Source: a virus. From it: a stretch of DNA of 64,000 nt. Within the stretch, counting starts at the first letter, position 1; each line of letters starts with the position of its first letter. Positions 47,301 through 56,661 of this stretch are shown in pieces. The notes below the pieces were generated by a model. The model saw only the letters and a program-made list of their open reading frames with translations, made no database searches and was not told the origin of the DNA. Location: the IMG/VR virus record IMGVR_UViG_3300045988_084534, positions 1-64,000 of that record, one strand, 5' to 3'. A program made the translations under genes and the position numbers.

Positions 47301-48182
47301 ATGATTATTAACAAAAGCCCCAAGGAACTGCTTGGGTTACAAGAGAAAACAATGGAATATGGTGAACATATAACCCCAGATGCAGGTTATATGGGTTTTA
47401 GCAAGGTCACTATCAAAGGAATAACAAAGAGCGACGAATATGTTACGCCGGGAACGACTGAAATCGTGCTAACTACGCCAAGTGGCGGCGCAGATACGAT
47501 TGGCAGTGTGACAGTAAATGGAGTAAAGACGGATACGCTTACTGTATCCCCTAGTCAACAGACACAGGAATTTACGCCAACAGCGCCGTCATCAGGATAT
47601 GATAAGGTGGTTGTTAAAGCTGCTCCAAAATCTATTCTATTTGCCAATCCACAAGAATCCGATGTAACATACACAAAGAATGTCGGCGATTATGGTATTG
47701 GCAGCTTGCTTGTAAAATCTGCGGCGCTACAAGAGAGGACGATATATCCTTCAACATCACCGCAGACCATTAAGCCGGAATCTGGATATTATGGTATTAG
47801 CAAAGTGACTATCAAAGGCGGCACGACCTTAAAAAGCTATGAAAGGATATATCGTGGAGCTGGCGATTATTCTTATTGGGATGCTAATGTACCAATAAAT
47901 GAATTTATAGCAAATCCTACTTGTATTATAGTGTATGCTATCAACGATATGGACGCAGAGGGTGATGTCTATAATCTATTTTCATTAACGGCATATCAAT
48001 CCAATGGACGAATGTATGTAGATGATGGATATATGAGAACAAGGACTGCAAGCATTGCTGATATGTCATATACAACGATTGGCAATAATAGGATGGGCTT
48101 TAATCTGCCTATATATAATAGTAATGATAGAGCGCTATATAAATCTGGGATGTTTTATTTCATTGGTATTTATGGTACATAA
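47301..48182 (+). CDS. SGYYG-repeat structural protein 2
   Basis: Modules HITPDAGYMGFSKVTIKG, EFTPTAPSSGYDKVVVKA, TIKPESGYYGISKVTIKG. Confidence 0.6.
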   Translation: MIINKSPKELLGLQEKTMEYGEHITPDAGYMGFSKVTIKGITKSDEYVTPGTTEIVLTTPSGGADTIGSVTVNGVKTDTLTVSPSQQTQEFTPTAPSSGYDKVVVKAAPKSILFANPQESDVTYTKNVGDYGIGSLLVKSAALQERTIYPSTSPQTIKPESGYYGISKVTIKGGTTLKSYERIYRGAGDYSYWDANVPINEFIANPTCIIVYAINDMDAEGDVYNLFSLTAYQSNGRMYVDDGYMRTRTASIADMSYTTIGNNRMGFNLPIYNSNDRALYKSGMFYFIGIYGT

Positions 48183-48203
48183 AAGGATAAGGAGGGAAAA
48201 TAC

Positions 48204-48410
48204 ATGACAAATATTGAATTGGCAAAAAAGCACGAAGATGTAGCTAAGAAATATAAGACAGTATATATGTGGGGCTGTTTTGGTCATCCAGTGACCGAGG
48301 CGATTATCAGAGAAAAGGCGGCGCAATATCCTAGTTGGTATACAGCGGCAAAGCAGAGAGAACTAAGAAAGCTGGTCGGCAAGGGATATTTTGCATTTGA
48401 CTGTGTAAAT
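48204..48410 (+). CDS. NlpC/P60-like cell-wall endopeptidase (endolysin), exon 1 of 2 (3' boundary +/-15 nt)
   Basis: ..YMWGCFG..GYFAFDCVN contains the catalytic-Cys FDC motif. The ORF stops 8 codons later. Confidence 0.6.
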
Positions 48411-50064
48411 CTCACTGACTTTAGTGCGCAATAATAGTAATGTTATTGTGTGTTTATTTGAATTGCTGGAAACCCCTTAGAGACATATCAACCACAACGT
48501 AGCTATGAAATATGGGCAAGCGTGATGGTTTGAAAATGATATAGATTGGGCAATCAGCAGCGAAGCTCCGAATAGGAGAACGTTCAACGACTATCCTGTT
48601 AGAGGGAGTACAACGCAAACGATTGGCGTTGGAAGCGGATAAGACCCTATTATATAGGGTGATGATATAGTCTCATCTCATATGAAAGTATGAGGAAAAT
48701 TGTTTGAGTTCACTTATAATACTATAAAAGCAAGGAGGTGGGTATGTGGACAAAAACAGACAACATTACAAGATGTCATTGCTTAAATGGTGTGAATCGA
48801 ATAATAGTAATTTGGTTTACGAATGGGATGAAGCAAATGAAATGGCTATGAACGAGATTGGGTCAAGTAGTGGAATAAAAGTGAAATGGATATGCTCTAG
48901 GTGTGGTTTTCATTTTGAGCAAAGACCTTCAGATAGGGTGAGGGGGCATGGTTGTCCAAAGTGTGCTAGAAAATCTCATTCAAGCGTCCCCGAAACGATA
49001 TGTTATTTGGCTATCAAGCAGTATTTTTCAGATGCGATACATGGATATAAAACCGATTGGCTTGGACGTAAAGAATTGGACATCTTTATCCCATCTATTA
49101 GTGTTGGCATTGAATATGATGGAAATTCTTGGCATAATAAATCCAGAAAACGAACAGATAATGACAAGACGTGGCTATGCGCCCAGCATAATATCTTGAT
49201 CTATCGTATAAGAGAAAACGGATGCGAACCAATGGACGACGAGTCAAATAATATTTATTACAAGCCAAGCAAACAATACAATGCTCTTAAGTATTCTATT
49301 ATAGATGTACTAATGAGGCTTGGACATAATAATGTTGCTTTTGATGACTGGGAGTCGCTTATTAATAAGTCTAAATGTGAATTTTCCAGTATTGAAAGAA
49401 GTAAATCTATTGGTGTAATAAATCCAGAATTTAGTGCAAAATGGGATTACGACAAAAATTATCCTTTAACGCCATATGATATATTGGCTCATTCCAATCA
49501 TAAAGTATGGTTAAGATGTGATAAAGGACATTTGTATAAAAGAGCGCCAAACTATTCAAATCAAAAAGAATGCCCCATATGTATAAATAAAATTGTGCTT
49601 GAGGGCTATAATGATTTGGCAACAATAAGACCAGATTTGGCGTTGGATTGGAATTATGATAGAAATGGCGAATTAAAGCCAACGGAAATAACGTTCGGTT
49701 CTAATCGACGTATTTGGTGGAAATGCCATGCTTGCGGAAACGAATTTCAATCATCTCCAAATGCTAGAAAAGATAATATGGGACATTGTTCAAAATGTGT
49801 GTTCACCAATGGCAATGAAACATTATCAAAAAACAAAGCGGTTAATAATAGTCTTGCTGAGTTTTATCCAGAAATCGCAAAAGAATGGGATTATAACAAT
49901 AATGAAAGAACGCCAGACAATGTTGCAAGGATGTCTGGATTGGAAGCGTGGTGGATTTGTTCAAACGGTCATTCTTGGAAGGCTAGTGTTCATAGTCGAA
50001 CGCATGATGGGAAAAAGTGTCCATATTGTAAACAAACTCAAACAATAAACTGCTAGGCGTAGTG
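48411..50064 (+). mobile_element. group I intron in the endolysin gene with a large Zn-ribbon/PD-(D/E)XK endonuclease gene (boundaries approximate)
   Basis: Core elements match TMP intron 1: a 23-nt identity at 48460-82 and the agattgggcaatcagcagc segment at 48543-61. P7: gactatc (48589-95) / gatatagtc (48664-72). The best P1 is gtaaaT (48405-10) / Gtttat (48452-57). Confidence 0.7.
48746..50056 (+). CDS. intron-encoded endonuclease: N-terminal Zn-ribbon plus Vsr/PD-(D/E)XK-like nuclease, then three W-D-Y/Zn-ribbon repeats
   Basis: CSRCG..CPKC; ELDIFIPSISVGIEYDGNSWH..; the repeats (WDYDKN..CPIC, LDWNYDRN..CHACG..CSKC, KEWDYNNN..CPYC) resemble the DUF4379-type zinc-ribbon. Confidence 0.65.
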   Translation: MDKNRQHYKMSLLKWCESNNSNLVYEWDEANEMAMNEIGSSSGIKVKWICSRCGFHFEQRPSDRVRGHGCPKCARKSHSSVPETICYLAIKQYFSDAIHGYKTDWLGRKELDIFIPSISVGIEYDGNSWHNKSRKRTDNDKTWLCAQHNILIYRIRENGCEPMDDESNNIYYKPSKQYNALKYSIIDVLMRLGHNNVAFDDWESLINKSKCEFSSIERSKSIGVINPEFSAKWDYDKNYPLTPYDILAHSNHKVWLRCDKGHLYKRAPNYSNQKECPICINKIVLEGYNDLATIRPDLALDWNYDRNGELKPTEITFGSNRRIWWKCHACGNEFQSSPNARKDNMGHCSKCVFTNGNETLSKNKAVNNSLAEFYPEIAKEWDYNNNERTPDNVARMSGLEAWWICSNGHSWKASVHSRTHDGKKCPYCKQTQTINC

Positions 50065-50565
50065 AACCTAGTTGAAAGAAAATGTAAAGGAATTTTATGG
50101 GGCTGGAATGGTAATGCTAGGTCATATACAGGCGGCGCAAGATATGCTAGTAATGGCGTACCAGATGTTAGCGCAGATGGCATGATTGGCAAATGTAAGA
50201 ATGTATCAACCACTGGCTGGGATAAGCTGGAAATTGGCGAAGGGCTATGGATGCCCGGACACTGGGGTCTATATATTGGCAATGGTCTAGCAGTAGAATG
50301 CACGCCTATTTGGAAGAATGGTGTGCAAATCACGGCTGTTGGCAACATTGGTAATAAAGCAGGATATAATAGCCGCAAATGGACTAAACATGGAAAATTA
50401 CCATATATTACCTATGTTCAGCCAGAGCCAGATACAGATGATAAGCATGAGGCGAATAAAGCCAAAGTAAAGGCGCGATTCGGCTTTACAGACAGCACTA
50501 TTAAATGGCTTGATTCTTATAAATATAATAAAGACATCATGGACAAGCTGGCTAATAAAGGCTAA
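50065..50565 (+). CDS. NlpC/P60-like endolysin, exon 2 of 2 (5' boundary +/-15 nt)
   Basis: ..KGILWGWNG..GGARYASNGVPD..WMPGHWGLYIGNGLAVECTP.. supplies the His of the NlpC/P60 catalytic set. Confidence 0.6.
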   Translation, partial: NLVERKCKGILWGWNGNARSYTGGARYASNGVPDVSADGMIGKCKNVSTTGWDKLEIGEGLWMPGHWGLYIGNGLAVECTPIWKNGVQITAVGNIGNKAGYNSRKWTKHGKLPYITYVQPEPDTDDKHEANKAKVKARFGFTDSTIKWLDSYKYNKDIMDKLANKG

Positions 50566-50576
50566 GAGGTGAATCT

Positions 50577-51335
50577 ATGATTATCAATGCAAATCAAGGT
50601 GGTGGCGGTAATCTACAAGAAAAGACCGCCACCCCATCTACTGCACAACAGATTATTACCCCAGATAGTCAATATGATGGCTTGAGCAAGGTGACTATTG
50701 CGCCTACGCCGCTAGAGGAAAAAACCGTAAAATCATCAACAGCGCAACAGACAATCACACCAACATCGCCTAATATCGGATTTAGTAGTATTACTGTCGA
50801 GCCTAATCTATTACAAACAAAATCTGTGACATTGCCTACTAGCCAGCCGATTCAACCAGATACTGGATATTATGGATTATCGGGAGTCAATGTATTAGCG
50901 CCACTATATCCATTAAACGTAACACCCACATCAACACAGCAAACATTTAATGTTCCTAGTGGATATTATGGGCATGGTACTGTTACTGTTGGAGCAGCAC
51001 CGCAGAATACGGGTTGGTATAAATATTTAACTCTGACAAACACAACCTCTTTATCTATATCGAATCCGGGAATTGATGAAATTCTTATCTGTATGATAAT
51101 GTCACAAGGAACAAATTTACAATATAACTATATTAAAAGTCTACAAATTGTCGGAGACCAATTCTGGAAGGGAGTTTCTGGCAGTGGAGAATTTATTAAC
51201 AGTTCGGATTTTTCTGGTGGTAGTATTTCTATCAATAGTTCAACAATTTCTATTATATTACCACAATATAACGGCACACAATTATATTTTAATGACTCAT
51301 ATTGTATAACATTTAGCGGAACTAAGATACCATAA
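50577..51335 (+). CDS. SGYYG-repeat structural protein 3
   Basis: Modules QIITPDSQYDGLSKVTIAP, TITPTSPNIGFSSITVEP, IQPDTGYYGLSGVNVLA, NVPSGYYGHGTVTVGA. Confidence 0.6.
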   Translation: MIINANQGGGGNLQEKTATPSTAQQIITPDSQYDGLSKVTIAPTPLEEKTVKSSTAQQTITPTSPNIGFSSITVEPNLLQTKSVTLPTSQPIQPDTGYYGLSGVNVLAPLYPLNVTPTSTQQTFNVPSGYYGHGTVTVGAAPQNTGWYKYLTLTNTTSLSISNPGIDEILICMIMSQGTNLQYNYIKSLQIVGDQFWKGVSGSGEFINSSDFSGGSISINSSTISIILPQYNGTQLYFNDSYCITFSGTKIP

Positions 51336-51357
51336 TTGATAAAGGAGGTCGGTAGAG

Positions 51358-52068
51358 GTGAATATAACATTAACGGGCACAAAAGTCAAGCTCGATAATC
51401 GCACATTAGCATTTGAGGGCAATAATGGCGTTGATGATATTATTGTCACTGTGGACACTGACCCGTCATGGACATATAAACTAGACATTGATTACGCAAA
51501 TGAGAATTGTTGTTGCGGCGACGAGCATTATAATATCATTCAGCTAAATAGAGAGGGTGATGTGTGCTCGGTTACGCTAACAATGGGTATGTTGCCGCAT
51601 AATGGCAGATATATCATGCAGTTGCGCGGAATCAATGAGGACGGACGGGTGTATCACAGTGATTTATTTGAAGTATGGGTAAAGAAATCAATCAACCCGT
51701 GGAAAATATATACGCCTGTTCCAAGCGAATTTTTACAAATTGAACAAAATATTACAGAGGCGAATCAGCATCCTCCTTATCCAGACCCCAATGGTTCAGG
51801 CTACTGGATGATATGGAATACTGAGAAGCGGCAATACGAGCTTAGTGATATTCCTATAACAGGTGGGAGTGGCGATAAAACTTTTACGTTCGCCCAAGTA
51901 ACAGCATCGGATACATGGGTTATTCATCACGGATTAAATAAGCATCCGTCTGTAACCGTGGTAGATTCAGGGAACAATGTTGTCTTGGGCGCAGTGGAAT
52001 ATGTTGATTTGAATAATTGTATATGTAAATTCAACGCGCCTTTTTCTGGTAAGGCGTATTTGAATTAA
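51358..52068 (+). CDS. hypothetical tail-associated protein (236 aa)
   Basis: GTG start after AAGGAGG. Confidence 0.55.
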   Translation: MNITLTGTKVKLDNRTLAFEGNNGVDDIIVTVDTDPSWTYKLDIDYANENCCCGDEHYNIIQLNREGDVCSVTLTMGMLPHNGRYIMQLRGINEDGRVYHSDLFEVWVKKSINPWKIYTPVPSEFLQIEQNITEANQHPPYPDPNGSGYWMIWNTEKRQYELSDIPITGGSGDKTFTFAQVTASDTWVIHHGLNKHPSVTVVDSGNNVVLGAVEYVDLNNCICKFNAPFSGKAYLN

Positions 52069-52088
52069 ATAAGGAGGAAGTATAAATT

Positions 52089-53837
52089 ATGGCTACAAAG
52101 AAAATTCTAGCAAATTTAGACCTTGTGCAAAATGAGTTACAAAATGCCGTGATTCAGGTGTTAGCTAGTGACCCTGCTACTGGCAAATTAGGGCAAATTT
52201 ATTACAATAGCGCAAGTAAGGCGCTCATGCAATATGATGGTGCAAAGTGGAATAGGGTTGGTGTTGTATATCAGCAAGAATCAACCACTGGCGCTGTTAT
52301 TACAGGACTTGATGATGCTGGCAATGTTACCACTACTAATGTAACCGGCTTAACTCTTGCTGATTATACACCTGTTGAGGGTGGCTATGTCAGCACAAAT
52401 ATGAGTCTAGAGGACGCGCTTAACGCTCTTGATACAGCCGTTAAGAATGCCGTAGCTGGTGGTGGTGAAGAGAACCAGAACGCATGGTCTAAAATTTCTA
52501 TTCCGGCTCAGAGTAAGGCTGATACGGCAGTTGCTGGTCAGCTTGAGGATACAACGCTAAGCTCTGATGCTAAAGTTGATACGTTCACAATCAAGACTGG
52601 GAATAAGTGGATTGATGTCAATGGCTCTGGCAAAACGGTTAATATTGGGCATAGCCTATCTGGCGCAACGGCTGGTGTATATGGCGCATCAAATACTGTT
52701 GCCAAAATTACGGTTGATAAAGCTGGTCATGTGACCGAAGTAAATAACGTAGAAATCACCCCAGAGGCTATTGGAGCGGCTACTACAGCAGAGGTAGAGG
52801 CAGCACAGAATGCGGCTACTGCGGCACAAGCAAGCGCAGATGCAAAGGTGGCTTCTGTCACTGCTACTGAAAATGGCGGCATTGATATTGGCGGCACTAA
52901 GACAGCTCCTACTGTTGGTATCAAGCTAGACCCAACACAGGGAAATGCGGCTACTCTAGGAGCGGCTGGTTTAATGGTCACGATCCCAGAAGTAAATATT
53001 CCTGATTATACCATTGTCAAGCTAGGCACAGCAACAGAGGGCTATATTGCCACATACCAGCTTCAGAAAGATGGCGTTCAGGCTGGTGTAAATATTGATA
53101 TTCCAAAGGATTATCTAGTCAAATCGGCTGAAATCAAAACATCTACAGGTGAGGGCGACCCATCTGGTCTACCTGAAGGCTCTAAATATATTGATTTTGT
53201 CATCAATACTAAGGTCGGCACAGGTGAAGAAAGCCATATTTACCTAGACGTTCAGAGCCTAGTTGACGCTTATACAGCTGGCAATGGCATCGAGATTAGT
53301 GAAGCTAATGTTGTCTCAGCAAAGGTCGTTGCGGCTAATGGTCTGTCTGTTGATACAGATGGCATTAAGATGGGTGTGGCTTCTACTACTGAGGCAGGTG
53401 CAATGAGCGCGACTGACAAGACCAAGCTAGATGGTATTGATACTGGCGCTACTGCCAACACCATCACCCTGAATGGCACAGCGACTAAAACTCCTAGCTT
53501 CTATGCACCTACTACGGCTGGTACTAAGGGGCAACAGCTAGTATCTAATGGCACAGACGCACCTGTATGGCAGGATATGCCAACCAACCTCAAGAAATAT
53601 ACGGCAACTAATGGTGCTATTACGGCGGCTGGTGGTGCATTCTCTTGGACTATTGCTGCCGCTACTCATGGCGTTTCTAGCCCTATCACAGTACAGGTAT
53701 ATGAGGTGGCAACTGGCGGCATGGTGCTAACAGATGTTGGCGTTGCCGCAAATGGCGATGTGACTATTGGTATTAACGACACTGCGTCTGTTGGCACATT
53801 GACTGCTGGTACATATCGCGTAGTTATTATCGGATAA
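52089..53837 (+). CDS. tail fibre protein
   Basis: N-terminal LDLVQNELQNA; Ala/Gly/Thr-rich shaft; the TEAGAMSATDKTKLDGI motif is common in phage fibres. Confidence 0.65.
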   Translation: MATKKILANLDLVQNELQNAVIQVLASDPATGKLGQIYYNSASKALMQYDGAKWNRVGVVYQQESTTGAVITGLDDAGNVTTTNVTGLTLADYTPVEGGYVSTNMSLEDALNALDTAVKNAVAGGGEENQNAWSKISIPAQSKADTAVAGQLEDTTLSSDAKVDTFTIKTGNKWIDVNGSGKTVNIGHSLSGATAGVYGASNTVAKITVDKAGHVTEVNNVEITPEAIGAATTAEVEAAQNAATAAQASADAKVASVTATENGGIDIGGTKTAPTVGIKLDPTQGNAATLGAAGLMVTIPEVNIPDYTIVKLGTATEGYIATYQLQKDGVQAGVNIDIPKDYLVKSAEIKTSTGEGDPSGLPEGSKYIDFVINTKVGTGEESHIYLDVQSLVDAYTAGNGIEISEANVVSAKVVAANGLSVDTDGIKMGVASTTEAGAMSATDKTKLDGIDTGATANTITLNGTATKTPSFYAPTTAGTKGQQLVSNGTDAPVWQDMPTNLKKYTATNGAITAAGGAFSWTIAAATHGVSSPITVQVYEVATGGMVLTDVGVAANGDVTIGINDTASVGTLTAGTYRVVIIG

Positions 53838-53855
53838 TATAAGGAATCTAATTAA

Positions 53856-53893
53856 ATATCCCCATGATTGGGATATTGTGGGGATATATTTTT
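53856..53893 (+). terminator. intrinsic terminator after the fibre gene
   Basis: atatcccca / tggggatat form a 9-bp stem, followed by attttt. Confidence 0.7.
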
Positions 53894-53909
53894 AGAAAGG
53901 AGGAATTTT

Positions 53910-54197
53910 ATGAAGGAGACATGGGTATGGAATAAAGCTATCCCGCAACGAGATACAAACTATAGTATTGGTTTTATTTCAAATGGTAAAAATTTTAACA
54001 CGATATATTTTTATGCTGATATAACAAGCAGTATGTCATATGATAGTGTAACGGTTGTAACTGGTACAGAAAATATGAGTCATTGGACGAATGAAGCATA
54101 TCGAACCGTTACATTTTCAACCTCGCCAACAGGCGACCTATTAACATACCTACAAGCTAATGCCACAAAACAATCTGCGGGGGGGGTATTGGCTTGA
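53910..54197 (+). CDS. hypothetical protein (95 aa)
   Basis: ATG after AAGGAGG. The track start at 53868 lies inside the terminator. Confidence 0.5.
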   Translation: MKETWVWNKAIPQRDTNYSIGFISNGKNFNTIYFYADITSSMSYDSVTVVTGTENMSHWTNEAYRTVTFSTSPTGDLLTYLQANATKQSAGGVLA

Positions 54198-55252
54198 AGA
54201 ATCTATCATCGTATAATCAAGATGTATCTGTACCTCGTAAAAAAGATGTTGATGCAAAACAAGATAAAATAACTGTCAACGGAATCGTCCAAGGAGATGG
54301 CAACGGCAATTTTTCTGCGGCGCAAACGGTCAATGGCGAGACCATCGAATTAAACGCCACCGCTGTTGGGCTTGGAAATGTTGATAACACGAGCGATGCC
54401 AATAAGCCGATCAGCACAGCGACACAAGAGGCATTGGACGGCAAACAGGACAAAATCACCGCCTCCGGCATTCTCAAGGGCGATGGTGCTGGTGGTGTAT
54501 CAGCGGCTGTTGCCAATACGGATTATGCTACTTGCACGAATTTGAGGAATGGTAGTGCTGAAGGTAGCATAAGAACTATAAGTGCAACAGAGGAAAGCTC
54601 GACATATACTATAGGAGGATATGCATTAGCGGAAGGATATGATACACGTTCGTCTGGAAACTATAGTCATGCTGAAGGATTTAAAACAAATGCTTCTGGA
54701 GAATATAGTCATGCCGAAGCATATAGAACAAAGGCTTCTGGTGCACAGAGTCACGCAGAAGGATCTTGGACACAAGCCTTGGATAGCAGCAGCCACTCAG
54801 AAGGGAATCGCACAATAGCTTCCGCTGAATTTAGCCATGCAGAAGGAGATAGTACAAAAGCTCAAGGTAAAACTTCTCATTCCGAAGGAACAGGAACAAT
54901 AGCTAATCATCTCTCTCAACATGTTCAAGGTGAATACAATATTCCTGACGCTTCTACTACTGTTGCTACAGAGCGTGGTAATTACGCCCATATTGTGGGT
55001 AACGGCACATCTTCTGCAAGTTCCAACGCCCACACTCTTGATTGGTCAGGTAATGCTTGGTTTGCTGGTGATGTATATGTGGGCAGCACAAGCGGCACGA
55101 ATAAAGATGATGGAAGCAAAAAGCTGATAAAAGAGGGCGATGCTGGATTATTGCCTACCGTTACGACCGCTGACAACGGGAAATTCCTGCGAGTAGTCAA
55201 TGGCGCGTGGGCGGCGGCTACGGTCGATAATGCGAATGGAGGTGCATTCTGA
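54194..55252 (+). CDS. tail fibre protein with YadA-head-like SHAEG repeats
   Basis: VGLGNVDNTSDANKPIS motif; about 6 tandem units of roughly 14 aa (SHAEG/SHSEG..T.A.G). Confidence 0.6.
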   Translation: MKNLSSYNQDVSVPRKKDVDAKQDKITVNGIVQGDGNGNFSAAQTVNGETIELNATAVGLGNVDNTSDANKPISTATQEALDGKQDKITASGILKGDGAGGVSAAVANTDYATCTNLRNGSAEGSIRTISATEESSTYTIGGYALAEGYDTRSSGNYSHAEGFKTNASGEYSHAEAYRTKASGAQSHAEGSWTQALDSSSHSEGNRTIASAEFSHAEGDSTKAQGKTSHSEGTGTIANHLSQHVQGEYNIPDASTTVATERGNYAHIVGNGTSSASSNAHTLDWSGNAWFAGDVYVGSTSGTNKDDGSKKLIKEGDAGLLPTVTTADNGKFLRVVNGAWAAATVDNANGGAF

Positions 55253-56661
55253 TGGCAGCACCTGAACCTTCCTCCATCATTGAATATCTGACAAACAGCA
55301 CTGACCTGACAAAGGTCGCAGATGCAATCCGCGCGAAGGGCGGTACAACCGAACAGCTTATCTACCCGGACGGCTTTGTAACGGCGATTGAGGATATTCC
55401 GACTGGCGGCACGCCATCTGAACCGCCTGCGGAGGCGGACATCAACTTTTACGATTACGACGGCACATTACTCTACGCGTGGACGCTCGCCGAGCTGGCG
55501 GGCAAGACGGCGCTGCCAGACCTGCCGACACGCACGGGGCTGATTTGTCAGGGCTGGAACTGGACGCTGGAAAACATTAAGGCGCAGGGGACACCGATCA
55601 ATGTCGGCGCGAATTACATCACGGACGACGGCGCGACGCGATTTTATCTGGACATCCCGGAGGGCGGCGTGCTGACGATGCCGCTGATGATCGCACAATC
55701 GGTATCAGGAGGCGTGACGATCTCATGGGGCGATGGACAGACGGAAACCATCTCCGGCACGGGAAATGTACAGACCTCGCACACCTATGCAACGCCCGGC
55801 AAGTACACACTCAGTCTCCTGCCAGCAGAGGGCTGTGAAATCAATTTTGGGCATTCTGTTGCCGAGCAGAACGTATTCGGAAGCATCAGCAACAATAATC
55901 TTGCACTGCAAGCAAATGTGAAAAAAGTGGAGCTAGGGCGTGGATTTTCAGGACTTCGCGCATTCTCGCTCCAGAATATGCGGGCGGTAACGTGCATCTC
56001 AATGCCTGCCGGAATTACATCCATGAATAGCGCCTGTGTTGCACAGTGTGAAGCGCTGAAAGCGATCGCGCTGCCAAAAAACCTTACTACACTGGGCGGA
56101 TCGGTGCTTACTTCGTGCACAAGCCTTGCCGTCGTTGCGGCATCGGACAGCACATATCCAGCGAATAACTTTTTGAGAGGTGCTTACGCCGCTCATAAGC
56201 TCATATTCCGCAAAGCGCTGAAAAGTATCGGAAACCTTGCGTTCCAGAACTGCTATGCTTTGTCTGCGGTGTATGGGATCGGCAACGTCACAAGCATGGG
56301 GAACAATGCTTTCCAAAACTGCCGGAACTTGTGCAATGATCTGCCTGCTCTAAAAATCACAAGCGTTCCGGCGAGTTGCTTCAGTGGATGCTATTCCCTC
56401 AGCAGACTGAGATTCACAGGGGCAATTACCAACATTGCGGCAGGTGCATTCACGAACTGTTATGGCATTATGCTCTACGACTTTACGGGATGTACCGCCG
56501 TGCCGACATTGGCGAACACCAACGCGTTCACGGGTATCAATGCAAATTGTAAAATCCAAGTTCCGGCGTCGTTGGTGGACGAATGGAAAGCCGCCACGAA
56601 CTGGGCGACGTATGCAGACTACATCGTGGGTATCGCGCAAGGTGGAGGGAGTGCAAATTAA
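55252..56661 (+). CDS. BspA-type leucine-rich-repeat protein (candidate receptor-binding protein) in a GC-rich island
   Basis: Repeats of the form ..I(G/A)..AF..C..L..I.LP..(I/V)T.I.. (AFQNCYALSAV, AFQNCRNL, CFSGCYSLSRL, AFTNCYGI). Confidence 0.65.
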   Translation: MAAPEPSSIIEYLTNSTDLTKVADAIRAKGGTTEQLIYPDGFVTAIEDIPTGGTPSEPPAEADINFYDYDGTLLYAWTLAELAGKTALPDLPTRTGLICQGWNWTLENIKAQGTPINVGANYITDDGATRFYLDIPEGGVLTMPLMIAQSVSGGVTISWGDGQTETISGTGNVQTSHTYATPGKYTLSLLPAEGCEINFGHSVAEQNVFGSISNNNLALQANVKKVELGRGFSGLRAFSLQNMRAVTCISMPAGITSMNSACVAQCEALKAIALPKNLTTLGGSVLTSCTSLAVVAASDSTYPANNFLRGAYAAHKLIFRKALKSIGNLAFQNCYALSAVYGIGNVTSMGNNAFQNCRNLCNDLPALKITSVPASCFSGCYSLSRLRFTGAITNIAAGAFTNCYGIMLYDFTGCTAVPTLANTNAFTGINANCKIQVPASLVDEWKAATNWATYADYIVGIAQGGGSAN

